A stretch of DNA of 64,000 nucleotides from a phage, in sequence record NC_100327.1, one strand, 5' to 3'. The first letter of the stretch is position 1. Each line of letters starts with the position of its first letter. Positions 1 to 10,444 of this stretch are shown here, in pieces. Under the pieces are notes generated by a model. It ran no database searches. It saw only the letters and a program-made list of their open reading frames with translations, and was not told the origin of the DNA. The position numbers and the translations under genes were made by a program.

Positions 1-923
1 AACGAGGCTTCCGGATAGATCTTGACCTCACCACAGACACAGTCCTCACTCAGTGTCATTGTTGCCGGACCATAATATGCACCTACCAGCAGTCCATACT
101 TACCAGCTACATAGCTGAGATCTGCACCACAAGCTTTCAGCATTTCTGCCATAATACTTGCTGGGGCCTCATCCATATCGAACTCGCCATTAATGGTGTA
201 ACGGCGCTCACTGGTTCCGTCTGCGTTTTTTACCGCCTCGTCGCATATGTTGGCAGCCTCCTTGAAGGACTCCCAGTTGATGGTTTCGTCAGGACATTTA
301 AGGTACGTTCTTAAATAGTCTAGGATCACCAAGGCAGCGTTATTGGTGTACACCTCTTTACTGATACGAGGATCATAGCATTTTTTACCAATCTTGACGA
401 GTGTAACGTTTGGCAACCCAAAAGGAAACTTGTTAGGGTCAAACCTGAAGCTGGCACGTAGCCAACTGATCCCTCTACCTATCATGTCAGGTGACCATGA
501 TGGGCAGTGTGTACCCATGAAAGGATCAGATGTTTTTCTGTCGTTATGTAGCTCCCACGATACCAGATCTCCATACGAGGAAATAGGATTACCGTCGATA
601 AGTATATCTTCTATACCTTCCAGAGGGTGATTGGCAAGAACAATAGCACAATGGAGGGTTCTGTCGCTATCCTGCTCCAAAAACGCAAGCAATCCAGATG
701 TGCGTGTCTTTCCATACACTACAGAGCAAGGTGCAGCAGAAGATCTGAGAAGCTTTTGTCTATCTTGCTGACTTCTGTAAGATTTGTTGCCCTCAAAAAT
801 CTTATCCAAAGTTCTGGTGGTCACAGTGTTCAGGCTGTCAGCCAGAGCTGCCTTGGATGCGTTCCAGTCATAACTTGAAGATCTTGCAGAAGCAACGATG
901 TTATCAATCATTGCAATTGGCAT
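1..923 (-). CDS. large tail/baseplate structural protein, N-terminal part (3' end lies beyond the window start)
   Basis: ATG at 923-921 preceded by GGAGG-type RBS; minus-strand frame appears open to position 1 on manual translation; only short, junk-like plus-strand ORFs in the track here; last gene of the tail module. Confidence 0.45.
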   Translation of the reverse strand, partial: MPIAMIDNIVASARSSSYDWNASKAALADSLNTVTTRTLDKIFEGNKSYRSQQDRQKLLRSSAAPCSVVYGKTRTSGLLAFLEQDSDRTLHCAIVLANHPLEGIEDILIDGNPISSYGDLVSWELHNDRKTSDPFMGTHCPSWSPDMIGRGISWLRASFRFDPNKFPFGLPNVTLVKIGKKCYDPRISKEVYTNNAALVILDYLRTYLKCPDETINWESFKEAANICDEAVKNADGTSERRYTINGEFDMDEAPASIMAEMLKACGADLSYVAGKYGLLVGAYYGPATMTLSEDCVCGEVKIYPEAS

Positions 924-1360
924 TAATACCTCCAGACATCAACAATGATAGAATCTTTCATGTCGAACATAAAGACCCCTTTATCACCTTTCGCCCAAAT
1001 CTGGTTGTTCCAGAACACACCAGCGGTGAGCCCGTTCAGACCTTCGAAAATAACAATATCGCCACGCTGAACCTGTTTAGGAGTATCCAGTCGAGTCATA
1101 AAGAGATCAAAAATAGTAGGCAGGTGTGTAGTTTTGAAACGAAGCATGCACCATCTTTTGCTTTCCAACTCTGTTTTATACGTTCCTTCGAAGTTGGAAA
1201 GAAAATCTGTTCCGTATTGGGCATCAACACACTTAGCCGCAAAGGTGCAACAATCGTGGAATCCCCATTCAAAAGGTATGGTGGCCTCTTCGTCAAACAC
1301 TTTCCACAATCTTTCTTGCCAATCCACTAAACGAGGGTGTGTGCTCATTAAACCTCCCAA
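923..1360 (-). CDS. hypothetical tail-associated protein with Cys/His motif (HDCCTF), possibly peptidase-like
   Basis: 145-aa ORF tightly packed in the tail module; stop overlaps the downstream start (TAATG). Confidence 0.35.
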   Translation of the reverse strand: MGGLMSTHPRLVDWQERLWKVFDEEATIPFEWGFHDCCTFAAKCVDAQYGTDFLSNFEGTYKTELESKRWCMLRFKTTHLPTIFDLFMTRLDTPKQVQRGDIVIFEGLNGLTAGVFWNNQIWAKGDKGVFMFDMKDSIIVDVWRY

Positions 1361-1914
1361 ATGATCGGGCGGCTCGCCACCTGATCCACATATTTAAAAA
1401 ATCTGTCATTATCGTTTCTTGAGCTGTGGCTTTCCTCCGTGTACCGATAAGGAAAACCTCTTAACCAACTGTTGAAGATGGAAGAGATGGATATGGACAA
1501 AGCACTATTCTCACCTGTCTGAATAGCCATATCTGTTATAAGGCCGTCAAACAAGCCATTAGTTGTGACAGGTAGACCATTCTCCATAGCGGTAATGTAC
1601 AACGTGGCACGACAACCAGAATACTCCGTCTTCAGCAGATCACCCACATACTTAGGATCAAACCCGTTCAATGTTGCTACCACAGATCCGAAGTTGGTGG
1701 CATCTTTCTCAGACACAGCAGTTAATGTTGCTGATCCCCCTATCCCTATAAAATGTTGCCCCTCAATTACTACAACACCAGTGCCTGAGCACACCCTGAC
1801 AGTTCCTGTCGGTAGCTCCAGCTTTGCAGCAATTAAGATCTCAACACCATCAAGCTCCAGCTTTTCAAGAAATAAATTATCTAATGGCGCTCTGATCATC
1901 TTAGAAATCCTCAA
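1348..1914 (-). CDS. hypothetical virion/tail protein
   Basis: 188-aa ORF overlapping its neighbours in the minus-strand structural operon. Confidence 0.35.
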   Translation of the reverse strand: MRISKMIRAPLDNLFLEKLELDGVEILIAAKLELPTGTVRVCSGTGVVVIEGQHFIGIGGSATLTAVSEKDATNFGSVVATLNGFDPKYVGDLLKTEYSGCRATLYITAMENGLPVTTNGLFDGLITDMAIQTGENSALSISISSIFNSWLRGFPYRYTEESHSSRNDNDRFFKYVDQVASRPIIWEV

Positions 1915-2491
1915 AGAAGTTGATAACTATATTATCCCCTTTTTGCATAGCATCGACTTTTTGCTTAATTTTATAAATATCTCTGATATGAAACCTACCC
2001 TTCGGGGATTGAGTTATTATCTTCATAGTGTCCCCTGCGGCAATAGGTTTTCTAAGTCTTGGAGATATGCTTATAACAGCAGACCCAACACCATCGCTAC
2101 GCACTGGAGCTGTTACCACTTTCAATTCATCATTGACAGATATTTTATCCCCAGCTCTGGCTATGTCTCTGTTTGGCTCCCACCCAACCGTCTTCAAAAA
2201 ATCGTCGTTACCAGTAGGCCCAAGGGCGATTGGCTCATTAGCTGTAACTGAGTGACCGTAAGTTTTAATAAGAAAGATGTTTCCATCTTTATACACCTGA
2301 TCAACAAAGCTCTTAAGCTCTAACAACTGTGACTCGCTGATATTAGAGACCGTCAAAGTGCCTTTCCAATTAGGTGTGGCATAGGTTACTTTTTGCGTTT
2401 TACCTGTAAACGGACTTTTAAACGTAACAATATCTGCCAGCAGCTCCAATCTAATATCTGGAAGGTATCTAGGCCTTTCCCATAAAAACAT
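1901..2491 (-). CDS. hypothetical protein, possibly tail fibre assembly
   Basis: 196-aa ORF immediately downstream of the large fibre gene; position only. Confidence 0.3.
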   Translation of the reverse strand: MFLWERPRYLPDIRLELLADIVTFKSPFTGKTQKVTYATPNWKGTLTVSNISESQLLELKSFVDQVYKDGNIFLIKTYGHSVTANEPIALGPTGNDDFLKTVGWEPNRDIARAGDKISVNDELKVVTAPVRSDGVGSAVISISPRLRKPIAAGDTMKIITQSPKGRFHIRDIYKIKQKVDAMQKGDNIVINFFEDF

Positions 2492-2550
2492 TGTGCCTCC
2501 GGGTTAAACAATCATGATAGTTATTTTACCAGATTTTGAGTTAATACGCA

Positions 2551-2583
2551 ATACAAACAAAAAGCCCCCGCCGAAGCGAGGGC
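2551..2583 (-). terminator. rho-independent terminator candidate after the fibre gene
   Basis: GC hairpin (gcccccgc cgaa gcgagggc) followed on the minus strand by a U-tract (complement of acaaacaaaaa). Confidence 0.5.
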
Positions 2584-2590
2584 AAAACAG

Positions 2591-5500
2591 TTACTTCAAT
2601 TTCTCTTGCAACCCAGTAACAACCTCTGTCAATTTTTTAACCTGCTCCTCAAGGGCGGTTATTTTATCATCCTGTTCCCTGCAAACCTGGACAAGCAAGC
2701 CTGTTACAGCTGCGTAATCCACGCTGTAGAATCTTTCCTCTGTTATCAAAGGAGTTCCATCTTGATCAGGGTTTGGGATTTCCTTTCTTTGCACGAAAGA
2801 GCTAACCGCTTCCGGCAGAGCTTCAAGCACTTCTTGTGCTATAACACCTGCATAAGGCATACCGTTCTCTTTAAGAGTGTAAGTATAACCCTTCATCTTC
2901 CGGATAGCTTCTAACGCATCAGGAATAACAGCTATGTTATCTTTCAGGTCTCTGTCAGAACTCTGATTGACAGATGTGCAATTCACAGCGCCGTTTACAG
3001 AAAGATATCTTGATTTATCCGGCAAGGTACCGCAATGCCATACCCAATTTGATTGAGACTCGTCAAGAACCTTAAACTCTAACACGTTTGGACGATCTCC
3101 TGTGCTGCCGTTACCCCAATAATACATATGGGCGGCATTAGCAGGCATGTTGCCACCGTTATTAGTAACATGGCTTCCAGAAATATACACCTTTAACTCT
3201 GGGGTTGGTATTTCCCCTTCTGGGGTTGTTCCTCCATACCTGAAGCTAACACCATTACCACCTGTTTGGGTCCACGGGCCCCAAGTGAAGACCTGTTTCA
3301 CCATATTCCCATAACGTGTGAATCTATCGCCATGGTAGGTAATATACTCTTGAACACACCCATTACCGTTATTGGCGTTATTTTGCAACACAATAAGTGT
3401 TCCGGCCTCATTTACGGGATAATGACGATCATATGTTGCATCATTATTTGCAGGCTGATGGTAAATACCTTCCCACAATCCGTGATAGGTGTTAAGGTCT
3501 GAAGAACCAAGACCTTGACCCCTGTGTTGCATGGCCTTATTCCAGGGATGGTGATTACCACCTTCTATAGACCTGGTGTATAAGTTACTTTGTCTGCCAG
3601 CAATCTGGAAAGCGTAGTTTCCCGAGAATCCTACAGATAAACCTCCTACAACCATGGTGTCTTGTGGACCGTTAACATTACCAGCCATTATTTTTGACGG
3701 GTTATTAGGCCCGAACTGGTTGTTCCAGTCTCCACCAGTATGACATACAAAACCACCTGGGGCTGAAAAAGTACCATCCTTATTGAAGTTGTAGAATCTA
3801 TGAGCTGTGCCCACAACATCTCGAACAATAACTTGACCAGCCTCTGGAGTAGACCTGAACTCTGCTTGACCTTTAAGGCCAGCACCATTACCGCATTTAG
3901 AGGTAAACGTGCCGTTAGTTAGATCCTCTGTTCCATCTGATGCACACTGGAATCCTGCGTTAGAGAATAGCGCCTTTCTAGGACCACTGTAGCACAAATA
4001 GTCAAAACCGTCAGCCCATAGCTCTACTTTAGGCATGTTCATTTTGCTCATTATCGCATAGCGTTCAGCAGTGCCTACATAGTGCCACTGTGTGCCGCCG
4101 CCAGTGTAGAACCCAGAGGTACCTTTGAAGTCAACAATAGGTCTGGTGTTGGTATTGTTATCTCCGAGAACAGCCAGATTTAAATCTGCTGACTGGAGAG
4201 GTGCAACGAACTTAACACCGTCCTGATTGTCTGTTACAGAGCCAACCTGGTAATCTTGCTCCCTGGTAAACACCTCGACAACATTTCTACTTGCGTATAT
4301 GCTGACAGGGAAAGCACGCGCCTCTGCATAGAAAGCAACATATTCTTGTTTACCCCTTGTTGGAGCAACCATCCCAAGAAGTGCTTTTTCATTCTGGTAG
4401 AAATTTACTACCCCGTAGAAAGAGTCTCCTCTGTCTGTCCAACCACCAGTTCTATAGTGACACTGTAAGGTAGCACAGTTCATAGGGTCATTTCCAGATG
4501 ACGATCTGGTAACTATGGTAATATCAGTACCAGTTGCTGGAGCATAGTACGGATCTGTTCTAACGATGATCGGGTAGTATTTCCCATCTTCCATCCCTGC
4601 GGTTCTTGGCAGTGTTAAGAAGTCTTTCACACCTGCTGCTATAGGAACTTTGAACAGATTCTGAGCATCTGCTAGAGTTGTAGCCCCGGTGCCACCTGCG
4701 GCTTGAGGTAGAGGTTCCCACTTGGCCTTCCGGTTGTTATAAACACCCCATTCCAGAGTGCCGTTACCGGATTCGTCCATCCCGCCATCCCAGATAACCA
4801 TCTTGGCGGCTTTCTTAGATCCCCAGAAGCCTCTTTCTGCTCCTGAACTACGTATCCACTCTCCAAGTCCCCAGTTTGTCAGCTGACCAGTAAGATCCCC
4901 AACCTGCATGTATTTAGGGCAGTCTAATACACCGTCTTCGCGGAAACCCAAATATCTATGAGTTTCAGATCCTTTTGCACCTTTGTGGAGGTGGATTGTC
5001 AACCAAGCCTTATTGTCGTTTCTTACCTCAGAGTAGATCCTATATCCATGCTCAAGGACACCGTCAGCGCTGTATTTGTCCCCGTTAACAATACCGGATG
5101 CTGACTTAACATCAGCAGAACTTTGAGACAGGTAAAGGTGCCCGAAGGTAGGAGAATTTCTAGACCCGAGACCGATGTGCGATCTAAAGGTATCATCGTT
5201 ACGAGGTCTAACCATCGGCTGCCATGCAGTCCACTGATTTGTGTTGGCCTGATAGGTTCTCAAATACCAAACATCTACGTTAGAGAATGGGTAGTATTCC
5301 TGACGACAACCTGTACCGCCGTTAGCATTGTTCTGCCAAACAATCAAGTGACCAGCACCAGAACCTGCAGGGTAACCATTTGCCTCAGTTGCATAAGCAG
5401 TCATCGGCTGGTAGTATACACCATCCTGATTACCAGTCAAGTTATTGATATTGAAATTTGGCTCAAGGGCTGCACGTTGCTTATAGAAAGCACCGATATT

Positions 5501-6403
5501 GATACGGACTCCAGCGGCATCTCTAGCCCCTGTGCCGCCTTGCTCTATAGCAAGAGGTTGCCACGAAGCTGTTTGTTGGTTCCACATACCCCAACGGCCT
5601 GTTGCATCAAGCTGCAAGTACCCTGCCGTATTTAAATCATCTCCAGCACGGATAACTGTTCTTGTTGGGTTGTTTGCCTCTAGGCGTTTAAATTCATCAC
5701 GAAGTGCTATTCTTTTCGTTGTTGCTACACCGTTGGTTACTGCAATGGTGTACATGGCTCCGGTGGTAGCGCCACGGAAAATACCATCAACAGTTGTAGT
5801 ATCACGGCGAGATACCACACCGTTCAGAAATTTTTCACCAGCTGCTACAGAAGGGTAGTTGGTGGTTCTTCCCTCTTCAATAACTGCAGGGCCAACAAAG
5901 TTATCAAGGTGAATAACATCGCCTACGGTGTGCACTGTACCAAAATCTACACGCTGTGCAAGTGCTTTAGCATCGTTAGCTGTCTGAACAGTAACATCCA
6001 TTACATCCTGGACAGACTGCCCTTCGGCTGTCATGATCATAGATGCGCCAATGGTAGATTCCAGCTCCTCCCTTAAGGACGGGTCAGTATATACCATCCA
6101 TGCAGCGTCAGTAATCCCACCATCAGCGTACGGTGAAGACAGTGCAGGAACAGTGTGCGGAAATTCGCCTTTCCAACGCAGGTAGAGGTCTTCCTCTTCG
6201 AAGTAGGCAAAATCCATTGGGCCGTTTAACTTACCACCTTCCTTAAAGGAGATTACATGAGAAACAGTCCCATCCACATGGACAACATCGCCAATTTTTA
6301 CACGACGGGTCAGGTCTGGTTGCTGAACAACCAGGTAATCATCCTCTGTCACTGCGGTAGTGGCAGGAAGAGATTCAATTCTGACAACTTTAATATCAGC
6401 CAT
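2591..6403 (-). CDS. long tail fibre / tailspike with C-terminal intramolecular chaperone (peptidase S74-like) domain
   Basis: 1270 aa; ATG with AGGAGA RBS; C-terminus (SDRDLKDNI...coiled coil) resembles the auto-cleaving chaperone domain of phage fibres; two internal copies of a W.PL...GGTGA / LIV.QNNAN.G.GC.QEY module. Confidence 0.7.
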   Translation of the reverse strand: MADIKVVRIESLPATTAVTEDDYLVVQQPDLTRRVKIGDVVHVDGTVSHVISFKEGGKLNGPMDFAYFEEEDLYLRWKGEFPHTVPALSSPYADGGITDAAWMVYTDPSLREELESTIGASMIMTAEGQSVQDVMDVTVQTANDAKALAQRVDFGTVHTVGDVIHLDNFVGPAVIEEGRTTNYPSVAAGEKFLNGVVSRRDTTTVDGIFRGATTGAMYTIAVTNGVATTKRIALRDEFKRLEANNPTRTVIRAGDDLNTAGYLQLDATGRWGMWNQQTASWQPLAIEQGGTGARDAAGVRINIGAFYKQRAALEPNFNINNLTGNQDGVYYQPMTAYATEANGYPAGSGAGHLIVWQNNANGGTGCRQEYYPFSNVDVWYLRTYQANTNQWTAWQPMVRPRNDDTFRSHIGLGSRNSPTFGHLYLSQSSADVKSASGIVNGDKYSADGVLEHGYRIYSEVRNDNKAWLTIHLHKGAKGSETHRYLGFREDGVLDCPKYMQVGDLTGQLTNWGLGEWIRSSGAERGFWGSKKAAKMVIWDGGMDESGNGTLEWGVYNNRKAKWEPLPQAAGGTGATTLADAQNLFKVPIAAGVKDFLTLPRTAGMEDGKYYPIIVRTDPYYAPATGTDITIVTRSSSGNDPMNCATLQCHYRTGGWTDRGDSFYGVVNFYQNEKALLGMVAPTRGKQEYVAFYAEARAFPVSIYASRNVVEVFTREQDYQVGSVTDNQDGVKFVAPLQSADLNLAVLGDNNTNTRPIVDFKGTSGFYTGGGTQWHYVGTAERYAIMSKMNMPKVELWADGFDYLCYSGPRKALFSNAGFQCASDGTEDLTNGTFTSKCGNGAGLKGQAEFRSTPEAGQVIVRDVVGTAHRFYNFNKDGTFSAPGGFVCHTGGDWNNQFGPNNPSKIMAGNVNGPQDTMVVGGLSVGFSGNYAFQIAGRQSNLYTRSIEGGNHHPWNKAMQHRGQGLGSSDLNTYHGLWEGIYHQPANNDATYDRHYPVNEAGTLIVLQNNANNGNGCVQEYITYHGDRFTRYGNMVKQVFTWGPWTQTGGNGVSFRYGGTTPEGEIPTPELKVYISGSHVTNNGGNMPANAAHMYYWGNGSTGDRPNVLEFKVLDESQSNWVWHCGTLPDKSRYLSVNGAVNCTSVNQSSDRDLKDNIAVIPDALEAIRKMKGYTYTLKENGMPYAGVIAQEVLEALPEAVSSFVQRKEIPNPDQDGTPLITEERFYSVDYAAVTGLLVQVCREQDDKITALEEQVKKLTEVVTGLQEKLK

Positions 6404-6438
6404 TCTTTCTCCTGAAAGGGGGCAAACAGCCCCCTATG

Positions 6439-9036
6439 TTAAAGGTACAATCCACGGTATTGAGCATAAAGGCCCAGACCGCGAAGGATTTCGCCAGAGT
6501 GATAGCCAACCGGATCAGAAACTGCCCAGCAGCCGTTTAAAATATTATCCCCATTAATGAAGTGGTGCTTTTGCAGTAGCTTCACACAGGCTTCTACAAC
6601 AATATCTATTTGAGGTATTGTCTCTGAATACCCGCACAGACCTAGCCAGCAGCAACCTGCAAGCCATTCACCTACCACCCACATCCTGTCTCCTCTGTCC
6701 TGATAAGAATATCCCCCAGAGGTGTTAAAGTCTGTAGGCAGATTTCCTGAATGAGATGACTGGAATCTGTTGAGGAACCATGCCCATTTCTGGCAGAACA
6801 GGAATAGTCTTTCATCAACAGGTTCTTTATGTTTCTTGAGCTCATATATTGTGCGGCACGCAGCAACAAAAGATCTTGACTGGAGCTTAGAGTTATCTAC
6901 CATCTCCCACCAACCAGTCAACCCTTCATTGCCTCTTTGCCATACATAACGTGAGGCAACTGGACCCTCTGTCTTAAATGTATTATTATACCAGACTTGA
7001 GCGTCATACAGAAAGCCTATTGTATTTGACAATCTATGGCGATCTATGTTTTCTGCACCCATGCAGTAGACTGCTGGGTATTGCATGCCAGGGTAGGGCC
7101 AATTTGGCTTTTCCTCTAAGAGATAGTTTTCCTTATCTATCACCTTTCCGGCAGGGAACACACCCGGTGTGTGCCTGTATGCACCTTGCTTGTAGTTTCT
7201 GACATAGCAATCTCCAACCTTAGCGGTTGATTCTGTCTTGCTTGCCATCCATACACTAAACCAGATTAGATAAGCATCCCTATCTGCAATATAGAATTGC
7301 GGCAGCGTGTTGACGCAATATAGATCAAACAAGCCATTACCTATCTGCCTGTCGCTTAGGCTGAAATCCACAGAGGTGAGCCCCTTAGGATTAGCAAAGA
7401 AAGGTTTAATCTCTTCTTCGGTGTGATGAGGTTGTGTCGGATCTAGTTTGAAATCTCCTAGAGTAAGAGTTTCTGTTATCCATTGTCCATTAGTGGCATA
7501 TAGATCAGCATACCATAACCACCTGTCTTTGTCAAGAAATTTGACCCTTACCATCTCATCATCTGATCGATAAGTTACTGAGTTTAAAGAAATCTCTCTT
7601 CCAAAATTGAAAGTTACTTTACCTCTTGCTATATTACAACGGGTGAAGTTGTCAGAGTGGTTGTAAATGTCGGTATCATACTGCATACTGACACTAGCGC
7701 CACCGCTCACGGCAATGTTTTCCTCTTTAGGTAAGAGATACGGATTACCGTCTTTACCAACCACCTCTACGAAATCGGTAACCTTGGCAACTATTTCTGT
7801 TACCTCTGCCCCTCCAAAAGGAACCCCTATCCTGTACTGTTTTTTGTTATTGTTGCCATCATTAAGGATGAAATGTGGCTGGAACAGAACCCCTTCTCCT
7901 CCGAAATTCATAACAATTTCAGCATCTCTGCCTATTTTGTATGTAGTCCCTTTTTGGATTATTTCGCAAGGCTGGCGTGCGTTCATTCTAAAATTGATAT
8001 ACCCGTCACTGTCCCTGCTCATGACAGGAACTGTTCCTGCAACAAGACAAGTACCATCTGTAAACGGTGCCTTAATCAACGTGGTCTTTCTAAACAGTTT
8101 GTCGTAGGCGTTTATATCACTGAAATTAAGCAACTTGTTGTAAGACTGTTCAAACGCGGTGTAATACTTTTCCTCACCTGTTAAGGTGTAGAGTTGATAA
8201 CAAGCGTCACACCACATCTCTTCCCCGTCCAACTCTGGGGCTTGATTATCTGCAACCACGTTTATAGGATTTACAATTACAGGCGATCCTGCAGGTATCA
8301 CCGATCCACCCTGCTCTTGGGGTAATCTTACACAATAGGTCACCTTGTGGCTGCCTGTAACACCCTTATCTTGTAATTGGATTGTGCCGAACTCTACAGA
8401 CGTATGACCACTGTCGGCTATGCTACCGTTAGCCCAATAGCGGTTACCATCCCATGCTATATACCACTCAACCCACCAACTTAATCCAGATGTTGTCCAA
8501 TCTGGGTTAGCATCTGTGCCGCCGTAAACATCAGCGTCTACAGTGTTTCTTCCTAACACACCGTTATATGCTTGGAAGGCCTTGTCCAGGTATTCTCCCC
8601 ATGTCGGAGATCCAGCTGGGATTTTTCCTCTACCGTTAGTAAAAGACACCACCACATCTTTAAACCCACCATGTGATGGGACCCCGTCTGTGGATAGAGG
8701 GTAGTGGGACAATCTTTGCATTTTACTTTCTACAGCATATGCGCCCAGAAGATGACTATTGTAAGCTTCCCAAGCATCTTTTGCCCTATCCAGATAGAAA
8801 TCGCTTTTCGATGCCCTGTATGCTTCAATGTATCCCAGAATCAACACAGCTTGGGACTCATGCATTGCCCAATCATTATTTATCTTATTACCTGCCCACC
8901 CTGCAGCTATAAGACCATCAGGGTTTACTAGCTTATTTTGTGTAGGGGTGTTGGTAATACCTGTGTTGTTATCGAGGCACTTCCTGTGCCCCTCAATCAT
9001 CTGAAATACGTTATCAATGTTGTGTTGAATACGCAT
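6439..9036 (-). CDS. large tailspike-like protein, possible polysaccharide-degrading enzyme
   Basis: 865-aa ORF between two fibre-like genes; lacks the N-terminal anchor motif of its neighbours; enzymatic assignment is a guess. Confidence 0.4.
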   Translation of the reverse strand: MRIQHNIDNVFQMIEGHRKCLDNNTGITNTPTQNKLVNPDGLIAAGWAGNKINNDWAMHESQAVLILGYIEAYRASKSDFYLDRAKDAWEAYNSHLLGAYAVESKMQRLSHYPLSTDGVPSHGGFKDVVVSFTNGRGKIPAGSPTWGEYLDKAFQAYNGVLGRNTVDADVYGGTDANPDWTTSGLSWWVEWYIAWDGNRYWANGSIADSGHTSVEFGTIQLQDKGVTGSHKVTYCVRLPQEQGGSVIPAGSPVIVNPINVVADNQAPELDGEEMWCDACYQLYTLTGEEKYYTAFEQSYNKLLNFSDINAYDKLFRKTTLIKAPFTDGTCLVAGTVPVMSRDSDGYINFRMNARQPCEIIQKGTTYKIGRDAEIVMNFGGEGVLFQPHFILNDGNNNKKQYRIGVPFGGAEVTEIVAKVTDFVEVVGKDGNPYLLPKEENIAVSGGASVSMQYDTDIYNHSDNFTRCNIARGKVTFNFGREISLNSVTYRSDDEMVRVKFLDKDRWLWYADLYATNGQWITETLTLGDFKLDPTQPHHTEEEIKPFFANPKGLTSVDFSLSDRQIGNGLFDLYCVNTLPQFYIADRDAYLIWFSVWMASKTESTAKVGDCYVRNYKQGAYRHTPGVFPAGKVIDKENYLLEEKPNWPYPGMQYPAVYCMGAENIDRHRLSNTIGFLYDAQVWYNNTFKTEGPVASRYVWQRGNEGLTGWWEMVDNSKLQSRSFVAACRTIYELKKHKEPVDERLFLFCQKWAWFLNRFQSSHSGNLPTDFNTSGGYSYQDRGDRMWVVGEWLAGCCWLGLCGYSETIPQIDIVVEACVKLLQKHHFINGDNILNGCWAVSDPVGYHSGEILRGLGLYAQYRGLYL

Positions 9037-9037
9037 C

Positions 9038-9706
9038 TTAGATAGCTCCTGCGATAATCAGTGCCCCGTACCAAGTTAACCCGTTGTCGTAGGTTTCCAA
9101 CTTGAAAATGTCTGTTGCACCAGCTGTAAATGTTAGGATAGGATCTCTTCCGTAGGACCATTTAACATTATCAGGCCAATAGACTTTGTTGCCGCCAGAG
9201 GTCTGAGTAATGCATACGGTTATAGTTCTCGCCACCCCTTCAAGACCTTCTGTTTGATTTTCAAAAGAGATTGTGGTATTTGAAGTTAGTCGAACCTTAA
9301 AGGTATCCGCAACTTCAAGATCCATATCAAGCTGACCACCGATAGATCCGTAATCAACTATTCTGCCAGAAGAAGTTGCAGCAAGCTCACCAAAAACAGA
9401 CCAGGCATTTGCAGACACGCCCCCAGCACCCTCTACAGTGGAGTCTGGTAGGATTATTTTAGGATAATCCCCGTTCCACGTGTAGTAGCGCTTAGTCTCT
9501 GGGTCATAAGCAAAGTCCTTCTTGCTCTTAAGATAACCACCCTCTGTGAAATAGACTATCTTAGTAATACTAAGATCGTTGACAACATCGTCAATCTTAG
9601 CCTTTCTTGTCCCATCAGTCTGGTTGACAACCAAGAAGTCATCACTCAGGACTGTTTCTGCATCTTCAAGATCTGGAATTGGTATTGTAGGATAAGCTAC
9701 AGCCAT
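9038..9706 (-). CDS. tail fibre N-terminal anchor/adaptor-like protein
   Basis: N-terminus (DDFLVVNQTDGTRKAKIDDVV...FTEGG...DFAY) is paralogous to the N-terminus of the 2591..6403 fibre; stop abuts the start of the 6439..9036 gene. Confidence 0.45.
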   Translation of the reverse strand: MAVAYPTIPIPDLEDAETVLSDDFLVVNQTDGTRKAKIDDVVNDLSITKIVYFTEGGYLKSKKDFAYDPETKRYYTWNGDYPKIILPDSTVEGAGGVSANAWSVFGELAATSSGRIVDYGSIGGQLDMDLEVADTFKVRLTSNTTISFENQTEGLEGVARTITVCITQTSGGNKVYWPDNVKWSYGRDPILTFTAGATDIFKLETYDNGLTWYGALIIAGAI

Positions 9707-9715
9707 GATTTCTCC

Positions 9716-10432
9716 TTAGTTAACATCAATAGCACGACCAGACTGGTTGGCAATAGCCTCATCATTGGAGGTAGCAATAACACCAGAGTATTCGCGCTCA
9801 TCTGGAGCAAGCGTCCAGGTATTGCGGTTAATGGTTTGTTCTGCCTCAGTCATCAGCAGATCTTTATCCTGAGTCAACAGAGAGCCTACAGGGATCGGGT
9901 TTTCCATCTCAGGACCAGCATACTGGTTCCACCATGTGGCATCTCCGGTTCTAGGTAATCTGAAGTTGATCAGGTAGTACAGTTTATTAGCCCACTTAAT
10001 CCAACCCTCATCATCACAGAGAGAGGTTGTCCCAGAATCAGGTTGTGGGTAGGTGAACTGATCAAGACCTACGAAAGCCAGCCTTACAATCTCGTTCTCT
10101 TTGGTAACAACCTCAAAGAACGCTTGGTATGTTCTCGATCTTCGGTCCATGGTAGACTGGAAGTTTATGATGTTTAGCACATCCGGCTCTTGTCTTGCCA
10201 CTTCCATAATCTTGTTATCAAGAACAGTCTTCATGACCTTCTTACTGAGAAAGTCCATATAAGGGAAGCCAAACAGTTCGTCAAAGTACCAGCTCCCCTT
10301 CCACGTATTAAACCTCATCCACAAGCGCTGGCGCAGACTTACCTGGTTTGAATCTATCAACTCAAGACCTTTGTCTATCGCCAAATCGCCTGTCTGTGGG
10401 TCCATCAATATATCACTATAAAGCGTAGCCAT
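9716..10432 (-). CDS. hypothetical baseplate protein
   Basis: 238-aa ORF in the baseplate region; position only. Confidence 0.3.
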   Translation of the reverse strand: MATLYSDILMDPQTGDLAIDKGLELIDSNQVSLRQRLWMRFNTWKGSWYFDELFGFPYMDFLSKKVMKTVLDNKIMEVARQEPDVLNIINFQSTMDRRSRTYQAFFEVVTKENEIVRLAFVGLDQFTYPQPDSGTTSLCDDEGWIKWANKLYYLINFRLPRTGDATWWNQYAGPEMENPIPVGSLLTQDKDLLMTEAEQTINRNTWTLAPDEREYSGVIATSNDEAIANQSGRAIDVN

Positions 10433-10444
10433 GAAAGCCCTCTA

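Noticed and set aside
1565-2251. Plus-strand ORFs antisense to the minus-strand structural genes (e.g. 1565..2251, 5123..5635, 7667..8107, 12444..13136, 17822..18646, 21098..21421, 23585..24224).
   Set aside because: They lie entirely within longer minus-strand ORFs with recognisable structural features, have low-complexity or junk-like composition and no ribosome-binding sites; treated as spurious antisense frames.
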